A DNA stretch of 64,000 nt from Mobula hypostoma (Eukaryota). This document shows positions 48,091-61,324 of the stretch, piece by piece. The stretch's first letter is position 1. Each line of letters opens with the position of its first letter. The notes beneath the pieces are model-generated. The model saw only the letters and a list, made by a program, of their open reading frames with translations. It was not told the origin of the DNA and searched no databases. Location: contig NC_086107.1 of NCBI RefSeq assembly GCF_963921235.1, positions 99,884,001-99,948,000 on the forward strand, in the 5' to 3' direction. The position numbers were made by a program, and so were the translations under genes.

Positions 48091-48866
48091 CCTTAACAAC
48101 GGTTTCAACAGTAGGTTACAGTAGGGTTTCAGTTGTTAATCTCCCAAGAACAAATTAGCTATCCAAACTTAGAGAAATAGGACTATTATCGGCTACTTAC
48201 TGTGCCCATGGTTTGTTCTTCATCAAATTATGGTATTGCTTTGCACTGCTGTAACTATATGTTATAATTATGTGGTTCTGTCAGTGTTAGTCTTTGGTTT
48301 GTCCTGTTTTCTGTGCTATCACTCTGGAGAAACATTGTATCATATCTTAATGCATGTTAGCATTTCTAAATGACAATGAAAGAGGACTGAATGTTCTCAT
48401 AATCTAAAGCAGAACATGAAGCTGCATGATCGTGGCAAAAGTACAACCGGTTCCTTTGAGTCCCTGAGTTTAAAATCCATTTTCCTCTCCCGGTTTGGCC
48501 TGTTTGTGACTCCTGTCCTGCAAGGAGCAACCACCCACCTAAAGCGGCTTCAAGAAGGCAGCCCTCAGTCATTTGGGGGACCAGACTGGTAACGTTCACA
48601 ACCAATGAACGATTATTTTTTAAAATAATTATTTTTAATATTTTTTTCAGATACACAGCACAGCAACCAGTTCGTGCAAGCATTTCCTGGGACACGGGAG
48701 GATGCAGATGCTGGAATGTGGAGCAAACAATTCCAGAGGGGTAGTCGACATTTTCCTCGGCTCCGTAGACGGCTGTCAGACCTGCCGAGTCTCACCAGCA
48801 GTTTGGTTTTGCAGGTACAGGTAGTCATAATGGCCGGGCTGAGAGCAGAGTTTTAAAAGTGTTCTA

Positions 48867-48885
48867 CAGCAGCACCTAGTGGCCA
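48867..48885 (-). promoter_or_regulatory. Candidate CTCF site
   Basis: Minus strand TGGCCACTAGGTGCTGCTG resembles the CCAC(T/C)AG(G/A)(G/T)GGCGC consensus. Confidence 0.45.
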
Positions 48886-49293
48886 GAGTTTGGGCGTGCA
48901 GATACGTTAATCCGAGCAATCTCACTGCCAGCAGTCACCCCAAACAGGACCCCATCTGGTCAGGATGCACCTGGCCTATCTTGCTGCTTGAACTGTCCTG
49001 GACTACAGTCGTGAGACCTTGGCTGTACCATTCAAGAGTTCCCTGACACCTTCGAAAGTTGTCAATCTAAAAAAAATAAAAGTAATTCAAAATGAAACTT
49101 CCTTATAATTTTTTAGAAGATAGCAAATCAGCTAAAAAGTTTTAAATAATTAAAAACAGAAAATCAGAAACAAATAATCAGAAAAACAAAACATAAAAGG
49201 ATCTTCTTGCCTTTACCCCTGTCTGCTACAGGATCTGAGAACCACATGAATCACAGCAAGATGGACTCCACCAAAAACGGCAGTCCAGATGTG

Positions 49294-50812
49294 GACAAGA
49301 GGAATTCTGCAGATGCTGGAATTTCAAGCAACACGCATCAAAGTTGCTGGTGAATGCAGCAGGCCAGGCAGCATCTCTAGGAAGAGGTACAGTCGACATT
49401 TCGGGCCCAGACCCTTCGTCAGGACTAACTGAAGGAAGAGTTAGTAAGAGATTTGAAAGTGGGACGGGGAGGGGGAGATCTGAAATGAAAGGAGAAGACA
49501 GGAGGGGGAGGGATGGAGCCAAGAGCTGGACAGGTGATTGGCAAAGGGGATATGACAGGATCATGGGACAGGAGGCCCAGGGAGAAGGAAAAAAAGGCGG
49601 GGGGAACCCAGAGGACGGGCAAGGCGTATAGTCAGAGGGACAGAGGGAGAAAGAGGGGAGTGAGAGAAAGAATGTGTGTATAACAATAAATAATGGATGG
49701 GGTATGAGGGGGAGGTAGGGCATTAGCGGAAGTTAGAGAAGTCGATGTTCATGCCATCAGGTCGGAGGCTACCCAGACGGAATATAAGATGTTGTTCCTC
49801 CAACCTGAGTGTGGCTTCATCTTTACAGTAGAGGAGGCCGTGGATAGACATGTCAGAATGGGAATGGGATGTGGAATTAAAATGTGTGGCCACTGGGAGA
49901 TCCTGCTTTCTCTGGCAGACAGAGCGTAGGTGTTCAGCAAAGCGGTCTCCCAGTCTGCGTCGGGTCTCACCAATATATAGAAGGCCACATCGGGAGTACT
50001 CATGCCATCAGGTTGGAGGCTACCCAGAAGGAATATAAGGTGTTGTTCCTCCAACCTGAGTGTGGCTTCATCTTTACAGTAGAGGAGGTATAAGGTGTTG
50101 TTCCAAGGTGCTCCCGATGTGGCCTTCTATATATTGGCGAGACCCGACGCAGACTGGGAGACCGCTTTGCTGAACACCTATGCTCTGTCCGCCAGAGAAA
50201 GCAGGATCTCCCAGTGGCCACACATTTTAATTCCACATCCCATTCCCATTCTGACATGTCTATCCACTGCCTCCTCTACTGTAAAGATGAAGCCACACTC
50301 AGGTTGGAGGAACCACACCTTATATTCCGTCTGGGTAGCCTCCAACCTGATGGCATGAACATCAACTTCTCTAACTTCCGCTAATGCCCCACCTCCCCCC
50401 CCCGTACCCCATCAGTTATTTATTTTTATACACACATTCTTTCTCTCACTCTCCTTTTTCTCCCTCTGTCCCTCTGACTATACTCCTTGCCCATCCTCTG
50501 GGTCCCCCCCCTCCCCCTTGTCTTTCTCCCTGGGCCTCCTGTCCCATGATCCTCTCATATCCCCTTTGCCAATCACCTGTCCAACTCTTGGCTCCATCCC
50601 TCCCCCTCCTGTCTTCTCCTATCATTTCGGATCTCCCCCTCACCCTCCCACTTTCAAATCTCTTACTAGCTCTTCCTTCAGTTAGTCCTGACGAAGGGTC
50701 TCGGCCTGAAACATTGACTGTACCTCTTCCTACAGATGCTGCCTGGCCTGCTGCATTCACCAGCAACTTTGATGTGTGTTGCTTGAATTTCCAGCATCTG
50801 CAGAATTCCTGA
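49294..50812. mobile_element. Two Penelope 3' ends in inverted orientation (about 700-bp arms)
   Basis: GIY-YIG C-terminal coding sequence plus pseudo-LTR on minus (49294-49995) and on plus (50107-50812). Confidence 0.88.
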
Positions 50813-51762
50813 TGTTTCCATCCAGATTCCACTGGGAATGTCAAATCTGAAAGCATCCAGCGGACAGGGGATTTATTTTCTTGCTAATAGGAAGGCTGAG
50901 CAATGCACACAAAATGCTGAAGGAGCTCATTAAGTCAGGCAGATGTGTGGAGGGGAATAAACAGTCGGCGTTTTAGCCCAATGCCCTTCATCAGGACTGA
51001 AAAGGAAGCGGGCGAGAGCCAGAATAAGGATTTGGGGGCAGGGGAGAGAGTACAACCTGGTGGGTGATAGGTGAGACTAGGTGAGGGGTAAAATGCCTCT
51101 CACCTTTCACCTGCAAGCTTGTGCTCCTTCCCTTCCTTCCCCTCCCTCCACCTTCGTACATCTGCCTTCTTCCTTCCCCTCCCTCCACCTTCGTACATCT
51201 GCCTTCTTCCTTCTCAGTCCTGACGGAAAGATGATGGATGCTGGCTTTCTATGACAGCGTTTCACGTAGACGTGGTCGATGGTTGGAAGCGCTTTATCGC
51301 TGATGTGCTGGGCAGAATCCACTACCTTTTGCCGGATTTTCCATTCAAAGGCATTGGTGTTTCCATACCAGGCTGTGATGCAGCCTGTCAGTATACTCTC
51401 CACCACACATCTACAGAGGTTGACAAAGTTTTAGGTGCCATGGCAAATCTCCGTAGACTCCTTATCACAATTGCACTTACATTTGGGTCCAGGACAGGTC
51501 CTCTGAAATAGTAACACCCAGGAATTTAAAGTTACTAAACCTCTCCAACTCTGATCTTCCGATGAGGACAGGCTCATGGACCTATAGACCATAAGATATA
51601 GGAGTGTAATTATGCCACTTGGCCCATTGAGTTTGGTTCTCCATTTCATCATGGCTGATCCAGTTTTTCCTCTCAGCCCCAATCTCCTGCCTTCTTCCCG
51701 TATCTCTTCACAGCCTGACTAATCAAGAATCTATCAATCTCTGTCTTAAATATACATAAAGG

Positions 51763-52303
51763 CAGATATCCCACCTCCCCGGAAGTTCCGGAAGTCTCGC
51801 GCATATTGATAGCGGCTCCCTGACGCCCGCAAGTTATCTACAATTTCCCGGAAATTGATTTTTTTTGAGAGCCAGCGCGCGCAAGAGAGCGCAATACATC
51901 TCATTCTCTTGTGTGTGAAAGAGAGAGTGAGAGAGAGAGAAAAACACGGCATGGCAGAGTGTTCCAAAAACAGAAAATATAAAACATACCTCACCCCAGA
52001 CTACCCTAAAGTGTACCCCTGCCTAATAGGGACCAAAAATAATGACAGTGTTGCTCGCTGCACTGTTAGCAACAGCGACTTTTCTATTGCCCATGGTGGG
52101 TTAAGACTGTAAAAGACATGTTGAGGTGAGTTTAACAGGTGTCATTCATTCATTGGCACAGCTAACGTTATTTAAACTAGCTGGCTAGCTGCTAAGGAGC
52201 TACTCTATTGCAGACATCCCACCTCTCCCGGAAGTTCCGGAAGTCTCCCGCAAATTGATGGTACTACCTCCCTGAAATGAGTTTTTGCAGGGTGGGATGT
52301 CTG
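51763..52303. mobile_element. hAT-type MITE
   Basis: TIRs CAGA(T/C)ATCCCACC / GGTGGGATGTCTG with perfect 8-bp TSD CATAAAGG. Confidence 0.88.
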
Positions 52304-55300
52304 CATAAAGGCTTGGCCTCCACAGCTGCCTGTGGCCTGTGACCTCTGGTTTCCCTTTCCTGAAGTCTATAATCAGTTCCTTGATCTATATTGAATGAGA
52401 GGTTGTTGTTATGACCCCACTCAGCCAAATTTTCAATCTCCCTCTATTATGCTCGTTTGTCACCACCTTTGATTCAGCCCACAATAGTGGTGTCATCGGC
52501 AAACTTGAATATGGTACCGGAGCTGTGCTTATCCAATCATAGGTGTAAAATGACTTGAGCAGGGGGGTGAAGCACACTGTCCTGGGGTCTACCTGTGATA
52601 CTTTATACTTTATTGTTGCCAAACATTTGATAATAGAACGTACAATCATCACAGTGACATTTGATTCTGCGCTTCGTGCTCCCTGGAGTACAAATCAATA
52701 GTAAATATTAAAAATTTAAGTTTTAAATCATAAATAGAAAACAGAAAAGGGAAAGTAAGGTAGTGCAAAAAAAAAACCCAGAGGCAGGTCTGGATATTTG
52801 GAGGGTATGGCCCAGATCCGGGTCACGATCCATTCAGCAGTCCTATCACAGTTGGAAAGAAGCTGTTCCCAAATCTGGCCGTATGAGTCTTCAAGCTCCT
52901 GAGCCTTCTCCTGGCGAGAAGAGGGATGAAAAGTGGGTCGTGTCCTTGATTATCCTGGCAGAACTGCCCTGACAGGGCGCGGTGCAGCGTGAGTCCATGG
53001 ACAGAAGATTGGTTTGTGTGATGTGCTGGGCTGTGTTCATGATCTTCCGCAGCTTCTTCCAGTCTTGGACAGAACAACTTCCATACCAGGTTGTGATGCA
53101 CCCTAGAAGAATGCTTTCTATGGTGCATCTATAAAAATTAGTGAGGGTTTTAGGGGACAGGCCAAATTTCTTTCGCTTTTTCAGGAAGTAAAGGATCTGA
53201 TAGACTTTCTTGGCAGTGGACTCAACTTGGTTGGACCAAGTCAGGTCGTTTGTGATATTGACCCCGAGGAACTTAAAGCCGATTGACTAAAGCTCTGTGA
53301 TTTTGTATTACTTATATATTTTATATTTCTTATTGTGAACTATTTAAAATTTTACGTATCTCACTGTGCTACTGCCGCAAAACAGCAAATTTCATGACAC
53401 ATGTCGGAGATAATAAAATTGAGTCTGATTCTCAGTGGGCCTGTTCTGTGCTGCCTCACTCCCTGCTGTCCGGGGCATCGGTGTCCCGTCCCCTAAATCC
53501 CAGTCACGGCGCCGGGGAAGAGGGGCAAAGGCAACCCGCGACCCCCACACCGGACCAACCTGCTGCCGCCGACCGACTCGCCCCGTCACGGCTCCAGGCC
53601 CGGCGCCGTCACCGATTGCGTCAAACGTCACTTTCCGACGCTGCGTCGCCAACCGGAGCGCGGTGGGGAGGGGGCGGGGGTCGCTGGAGGGGTGGGCGGT
53701 GAGTGGGGGGTTGGGGGGGGGAATCCGATTGCCTTAGCGCTCCCTCTACAGGCTGATCTCCACATCACATCGGCTCCCTAACATCGGGGTCGTGTCTTCG
53801 TCGGGTTCGTCAGGCGCGGCTCCAGGGAGCCCTTCACCGTTCCGAACTATTCTCTCTCAATGCATCCCCTGCCGAATCCCTTTCAGTTTGGTTTTTCCAT
53901 GAACCCATTCTACCCGACTATTTACAATTGCCGGTTGATCTGCAGACATCCCACCCTGCAAAATCTCACTTCGGGGAGGCGGCATTTCATACATCTCATT
54001 CTTCTCGTGTGTGTGTGTGTGTGAGAGAGAGAGAAAGAAAGAGAAAAACACGCCATGGCAGAGTGTTCCCAAAAAAGAAAATATAAAACGTACCTCACCC
54101 CAGACTACCCTAAAGCGTACCCCTGCCTAATAGGGATCAAAAATAATGACAGTGTTGCTCGCTGCACTGTTTGCAACAGTGATTTTTCTATTGCCCATGG
54201 TGGGTTAAGACTGTAAAAGACATGTTGAGGTGAGTTTAACAGGTGTCATTCGTTCATTAGCATAGCAAACGTTATTTAAACTAGCTGGCCAGCTGCTAAG
54301 GAGCTACTCGATTGCAGACATCCCACCTCTCCCGGAAGTCTCCTGCAAATTGATGGTACTACCTCCCTGAAATGAGTTTTTGCAGGGTGGGATGTCTGCA
54401 TAAAGGCTTGGCCTCCACAGCTGCCTGTGGCCTGTGACCTCTGGTTTCCCTTTCCTGAAGTCTATAATCAGTTCCTTGATCTATATTGAATGAGAGGTTG
54501 TTGTTATGACCCCACTCAGCCAAATTTTCAATCTCCCTCTAGTATGCTCGTTCGTCACCACCTTTGATTCGGCCCACAACAGTGGTGTCATCGGCAAACT
54601 TGAATATGGTACCGGAGCTGTGCTTATCCAATCATAGGTGTAAAATGACTTGAGCAGCGGGGTGAAGCACACTGTCCTATATACTTTATACCTTATTGTC
54701 TTCAAACAATTAATACTAGAGCGTACGATCATCACAGCGATATTTGATTCTGCGCTTCGCGCTCCCTGGAGTACAAATCGATAGTAAATATTAAGAATTT
54801 AAATTATAAATCATAAGTAGAAAACAGAAAAGGGAAAGTAAGGTAGTGCAAAAAAAACCGAGAGGCAGGTCCGGATAGTTGGAGGGTACGGCCCAGATCT
54901 GGGTCAGGATCCATTCAGCAGTCTTATCACAGTTGGAAAGAAGCTGTTCCCAAATCTGGCCGTATGAGTCTTCAAGCTCCTGGGCCTTCTCCTGGAGGGA
55001 AGAGGGATGAAAAGTATGTTGGCTGGGTGGGTCGTGTCCTTGACTATCCTGGCAGCACTGCTCCAACAGCGTGCGGTGTAAAGTGAGTCCAAGGATGGAA
55101 GATTGGTTTGTGTGATGTGCTGGGCTGTGTTCATGATCTTTTGCATCTTCCTCCGGTCTTGGAGAGGACAACTTCCATACCAGGTTGTGATGCACCCTAG
55201 AAGAATGCTTTCTACGGTGCATCTATAAAAATTAGTGAGGGTTTTAGGGGACAGGCCAAATTTCTTTAGCTTTCTCAGGAAGTAAAGGCGCTGGTGGGCC

Positions 55301-56245
55301 TTCTTGGCAGTGGACTCTGCTTGTTTGGACCAAGTCAGGTCATTTGCGATGTTGACCCCAAGGAACTTAAAGCTGATTGATTAAAGCTCTGTGGTTTTGT
55401 ATTACTTATATATTTTATATTTCTTATTGTAAACTATTTTAAATTTTATGTACCTCACTGTACTGCTGCCGCAAAACAGCAAATTTCATGACACATGTCG
55501 GAGATAATAAGATTGATTCTCATTCTCAGTAGGTTGTTCTGCGGTGCCTCACTCCCTGCTATCCTCCCTCCAGCCTGTAGAGGGAGCGCTCAGGCAATCG
55601 GATTCCCCCCCCCCAACCCCAACCCCACCCCCCCCCCCACTCACCGCCCACCCCTCCAGCGACCCCCGCCCCTCACCGCGCTCCGGTTGGCGACGCAGCG
55701 TCGGAAAGTGACGTTTGACGCAATCGGTGACGGCGCCGGGCCTGGAGCCGTGACGGGGCGAGTCGGTCGGCGGCAGCAGGTTGGTCCGGTGTGGGGGACG
55801 CGGGTCGTTTGAAATGCCTTTGCCCCTCTTCCCCGGCGCCGTGACTGGGATTTAGGGGACGGGACACCGATGAACCAGGTGGTGATCCCGGGCCGCCGCG
55901 TCCCCCACACCTTCGCAGAACTCTCGGTTCAGCCGCGCCTCCAGACACCTCCCGTCACATTTTCCCCGCGCCTTGCCTTGACCTTTTACCGATTTCCCAC
56001 AGTCTTCATCCCGTCTTCCGTAAACGTCCACATCAGATCGGCTGCCTTGCATCGGAGTCGGGTTCGTCAGGCGTGGCTCCAGGGAGCCCTTCACCGTTCC
56101 GAACTATTCTCTCTCAATGCATCCCCTGCCAAATCCCTTTCAGTTTGGTTTTTTCCATTAACCCATTCTACCCCACTATTGACAATTGCCGGTTGATCTG
56201 TAGACATCCCACCCTGGAAAAACTCACTTCAGGGAGGTGGCAGCA
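51890..56245. repeat. Tandem segmental duplication (about 2.1-2.25 kb units: about 51890-53985 and 53985-56245)
   Basis: Same order of MITE end, Rex/Babar fragment, CpG segment and unique tail in both units; the CpG segment is inverted in unit 1. Confidence 0.88.
55570..56100 (+). promoter_or_regulatory. CpG island, probable promoter and first non-coding exon of a plus-strand gene
   Basis: High GC and CpG density, GC boxes, CGGAAAGTGACG and TGACGCAA motifs, candidate donor CAG|GTTGGT near 55780. Confidence 0.6.
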
Positions 56246-56276
56246 CCATCCCGGCCCGTCGACCTCAAAGGGTGTA

Positions 56277-57168
56277 CAGGTTTCCCCCGCTTTTCAAACG
56301 TTCGCTTTACGAAACTTCGCTGTTATGAAAGACCTATATTAGTTACCTGTTTTCGCTAACAGAAGGTGTTTTCACTGTTACGAAAAAAAAGCAGCGCGCC
56401 GCGCGCCCCAAGCAGCCGCTTTCCCCCGGATTCGGAACTGCATTCTCGCCGGCATTGCTTAAACACGTGCCTGTGAGCAGCCGTTTGCAAGGTGAGTTCT
56501 AAGGTATCAGAAAAGCCTGAAAGAGCTCGTAAGGGTGTTAGCGTAAAACTAGACATAATTAAGCGTTTCGATCATGGTGAACGAAGTAAGGACGAAGTGA
56601 GTTTGGCTTGTGGAAGTTGAAGAAGATGATGTTGAAGAGGTTTTGGCATCCCATGACCAAGAACTGATAGGTGAGGAGCTGATACAATTGGAAGAGGAAA
56701 AGATAACAATCAAAACCGAATGTAGTAGCAAAAGTGCAGTGGTTCAGGAACTGAACGTGAAGCAACTGCGTGAGATTTTCACTGCAATGATAAAGTACGA
56801 CTTTTTTTTATTTGATTTGGCAGCTTCATAGTTTAAAGGTTACTGGAGAGCACTTGCGCCGTGTTTCTGCCGAGAGTGCTTGCGTGAGATTTTCGCTACA
56901 AGAACAGTGTAGGCAATCGTTGTAGAGAAGTATTTTTAATTTATATAGGCTGTGTATTTATCACATCATTCCTGCTTTGACTATATATTACTGTTATTTT
57001 AGGTTTTATGTGTTATTTGGCATGATTTGGTAGGTTATTTTTGGGTCTGCGAATGGTCACAAATTTTTCCCATATAAATAAATGATAATTGCTTCTTCGC
57101 TTTACGACATTACGGCTGACGAACCGTTTCATAGGAACGCTCTACCTTCGGATGGTGAGGGAAACCTG
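56277..57168 (+). mobile_element. Tigger/pogo non-autonomous transposon
   Basis: TIRs CAGGTTTCCC / GGGAAACCTG, TA TSD, remnants VKLDIIKRFDHGE and VEEDDVEEVLASHDQEL. Confidence 0.85.
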
Positions 57169-57841
57169 TACGTATATAGGACATTTGATTATGAAAGAAC
57201 ACAACAATTTATTTGATCACATATTGAAACTATTTACAGACACACACTTGAGTATTTTGTTGGCAGTCTCAATGCTAAATAGCTAAATGCTGACGCAAAT
57301 AGCTTTTCTATTTCTTTTTCAAACTTTCCTTGTACTGTGATGTGGCTGGCTTGGCAGATTTGAGCATTTTGCCAGAAGTCTCAACCTCATAAAATATGTA
57401 CTTATATTATCATGGACTCATTTCTTATTCTATTACAACTTTATGCAAGTCTACAGGGAGTTTGGCCTCATCACGTAGGACATCAATAGAGTAGCTCCTT
57501 AGCAGCTAGCCAGCTAGTTTAAATAACGTTAGCTATGCTAATGAACAAATGACACCTGTTAAACTCACCTCAACATGTCTTTTATAGTCTTAACCCACCA
57601 TGGGCAATAGAAAAGTCACTGTTGCAAACAGTGCAGCGAGCAACACTGTCATTATTTTTGACCCCTATTAGGCAGGGGTACACTTTAGTGTAGTCTGGGG
57701 TGACGTACGTTTTATATTTTCTTTTTTTGGAACACTCTGCCATGGTGCTGCAGGACACTAAACTGAACTGATGGACAAGGAAAGAGAGAGAGGGATCGAC
57801 TGTAAAGCCCGCCCACAGAGAAAACTGATAGGTCTACTTCT

Positions 57842-60135
57842 TTTGGATCGGGACAACAGAGCAGCGTGGGAGCTGAATTCTGAAGGAAGGCAGTTTTTAA
57901 AAAAAACTGCTTTGCAAGAAGGAGGAGACTGCGCAGGCGCGTGACGTAACAGGACAGCGTGGAGAGTTTAAAAAGGAGGCCACCCTATACAGCGGGCAGC
58001 TGATGGAGCGGGCAGCGGAGTGAGTGGTAGCAGAGTGTAGGGCTTTGGCTTCAACGGGCTTCGGCGGTGACGGGAAGAGGAAAGAGCGAGGCACCAACTC
58101 TTTGTTTCCCCCCCACCCCCTTGGCGAATCAGCCCGGACAGACAGGATCAGCAGGGCTCACACAGCTAACGGTACGAGCTAACGGTTTAAAAAGTTCATC
58201 TGTTTGGCAAGGTAAGTGGGTGAGTAGACTTATTATTTTTCCTGTTTCATTCCTGTAGAATTAGCTAGCATGCCTGCAGGGTTAGTACTTTATTCAGGGT
58301 GTCAGATGTGGGAATCCTGGGAGACCTCCAGCCTCCCTGATGGCCACATCTGCGCCAGGTGCACCGAGATGCAGCTCCTCAGAGACCGTGTTAGGGATCT
58401 GGAGCTGCAGCTTGATGACCTACTGCTTATCAGGGAAAGTGAAGAGGTGATAAACAGGAGCTACAGGGAGGTAGTCATCCCTAGGCTACAGGGGTCAGAA
58501 AATCGGGTGACTGTCAGGAGAGGGAAGGAAAATGCCCGGAGAGTGGAGAGCACACCCGTGGCTGTCCCCCTCCACATCTTGTTCTGGATGCTGTTGAGGG
58601 GGATGACCTGACAGGGGACGCCCATAGTGACCGGGTCTCTGGCACTGAGCCTGGCGCTGTTGTGCAGGAAGGAAGGAAGGAGAAGAGGAATGCGGTAGTC
58701 ATAGGGGATTCCATAGTCAGGGGAACAGACAGGAGATTCTGTGAGCCTGATAGAGATACCCGCATGGTGTGTTGTCTCCCAGGTACCAGGGTACGGGATG
58801 TCTCGGATCGGGTCCAGAATATTCTGGAGGGAGAGGGTGAGCAGCCAGTTGTCTTGGTACATGTTGGTACCAATGACATAGATAGGACAAAGGAGGGGGT
58901 CCTGAAGAGAGATTTTTCCGGGAGTTAGGAAGGAAGCTGAGAATCTCGGGATTACTACCTGTGCCACGTGCTAGCGAGGGCAAGAACAGTAGAATCAGGC
59001 AGATGAATGCGTGGCTGAGAGACTGGTGCAAGGGGAAGGGCTTCAGATTCTTGGATCATTGGGATCTCTTCTGGGGGAAGTATGACCTGTTCAAAATGGA
59101 CAGGTTACACCTGAACCCGAAGTGGACCAATATCCTGGTGGGAAGGTTTAATAGAGCTGTTAGGGAAGGTTTAAACTAATTTGGCAGGGAGATGGGAACC
59201 GGAATGGTAGAGCAGAGGAAGGGGAAAACAGAAATAAATCTAAGATAGTGAGCAGTAAAGATGTCAGGAAAGACAGGCAGGTGATGGGGCAAATTTGTAG
59301 CCATTGGGATGAGTTGCAGTGAAATCAAAGCGGAAGGTACCAAATACTGGTCTTAAGGTGTTGTACTTAAATGCACGCTGCATAAGAAATAAGGTGGATG
59401 ATCTTGTTGTACAGCTACAGATTGGCAGGTGTGATATTGTGGCCATCACTGAGACATGGCTAAAGGATGCATGTCTCTGGGAGCTGAACGTCCAAGGATA
59501 CACGGTGTATTGGAAGGATAGGAAGGTAGGCAGAGGGGGAGGCGTGGCTTTATTGGTAAGAAATTATATTAAATCATTAGAAAGAGGTGATATAGGATCG
59601 GAAGGTGCAGAATCTTTATGGGTTGAGCTAAGGAATAGCAGGGGTAAAAGGACCCTGATGGCAGTTATATACAGGCCTCCAAACAGCTGCAGTGATGTGG
59701 ACTACAAATTACAACAGGAAATAGAAAAGGCTTGTCAGAAGGGCAGTGTTGTGATAATTGTGGGGGATTTTAACATGCGAGTGATTGGGAAAATCAGGTT
59801 GGCACTGGATCTCGAGAGAGAGAGAATTTGTAGAATGTCTGCAAGATGGCTTTTTAGAGCAGCTTGTTGTTGAGCCCACTAGGGGATCGGCTGTACTGGA
59901 TTGGGTATTGTGTAATGAACTGGAGGTGATTAGAGAGATTGAGGTAAAGGAACCCTTAGGAGGCAGTGATGATAACATGACTGAGTTCACTGTGAAATTT
60001 GAAAAAGAGAAGCCGAAATCCGATGTGTCGGTATTTCAGTGGAGTAAAGGAAATTACAGTGGCATGAGAGAGGAATTGGCTAAAGTTGACTGGAAAGGGA
60101 CACTGACGAGAAGGACGGCAGAGCAGCAGTGGTGT
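57842..60135 (+). mobile_element. CR1 LINE 5' part (5' UTR, ORF1 zinc finger/SGNH esterase, ORF2 APE endonuclease), frameshifted
   Basis: GCQMW...ICARC; VVIGDSIVRGTD; VHVGTND; LYLNARCIRNK; AITETW; VGDFN. Confidence 0.92.
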
Positions 60136-61180
60136 TTCTACGAGAAGTGAGGAAGGGAGTACCGCCCCTGTCTGCAAATGGAGTAGCAGTAATTTTGTGC
60201 CGCTCTTAGTTTTCTTTCTCCCCGCCTAGTTTAAACTTCGAATTTAAAATTTTTATTTGCTGATTCTTGAGGGGGAACAACATGTCTATGTCTGCGAGAA
60301 GTGGGAAGAATTTACCTGACTCTGGTGATAAAGGTAATGGGAAAGGAAAGGTGCAAAAGGAAAGATCTGATGAAATGCCATCGCGGGCTGAAGATATCAT
60401 TCGGACACTGAATTCAATTAAGGATCAGAATGGATCAATTAAAGACCAACTGGAAAAGAATAGTAATGAAATGAAGTCATTTCTGAGAAAACTTAAAGAC
60501 CTGGAAACTCAAGTTATTACACATGAAGAGGAATTGAAGATAGCTAAGCAAAAGTTGTCTGAAGCTACAACTCATTTGGAAAGATATCAAAATAAGATTA
60601 TAGACCTGGAAACTAGGTCTCGACGAAGGAATATAAGAATTGTTGGGCTGCAGGAAGGAGCTGAAGATGGAGATCTAACAGCTTACTTTGGTAAGCTTTT
60701 CCACACTTTATTTCCTACCATTCTATCAAAGCCGCCTGCTATAGAAAGGGCACACAGGGCGTTTATCTCGAATTTGAAAGACTCTAGTAAACCAAGATCT
60801 GTTCTGGTTTGCTTTCATCACTTTAAAATTAAAGATCAAATAATGCGACAGGCAAGAAAATAGAGAGTTTTTAGATTTATGGAATCTGAGCTCCGCTTTT
60901 ATGAAGATTATCCAAGAGAGATAATGGAACAAAGATCAAAATTTGCCCTGGTAATGAAACAAGCATATGATTAAAAAAAAACTCTTTCCCTCTTTGAGGT
61001 ATCCGACACGAATTAAAGTTTTTCCTGCTAATTCTCCTCCTCGTACTTTTTTTGGTCCAAAAGCTGCACTGGACTTTGTTCAGGCTATACCCGCCGCTGT
61101 TACTGACGCCGCTGCTGAATGAACTATCTGAAAGGCTGTTTGGCTATCTGTATATTATTCGCATTTTGGAAAGAAGATTT
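60136..61180 (+). mobile_element. L1 LINE 5' part (ORF1p, disrupted)
   Basis: ORF 60267..60863: coiled coil followed by LETRSRRRNIRIVGLQEGAE...IERAHRA. Confidence 0.9.
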
Positions 61181-61324
61181 ATATAACCATATAACAATTA
61201 TAGCACGGAAACAGGCCATCTCGGCCCTTCTAGTCCGTGCCAAACTCTTACTCTCACCTAGTCCCACCGACCTGCACTCAGCCCATAACCCTTCATTCCT
61301 TTCCTGTCCATATATCTATCCAAT

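Noticed and set aside
60267..60863. Host coiled-coil protein gene
   Set aside because: Motifs are those of L1 ORF1p, followed by an in-frame stop and further decay.
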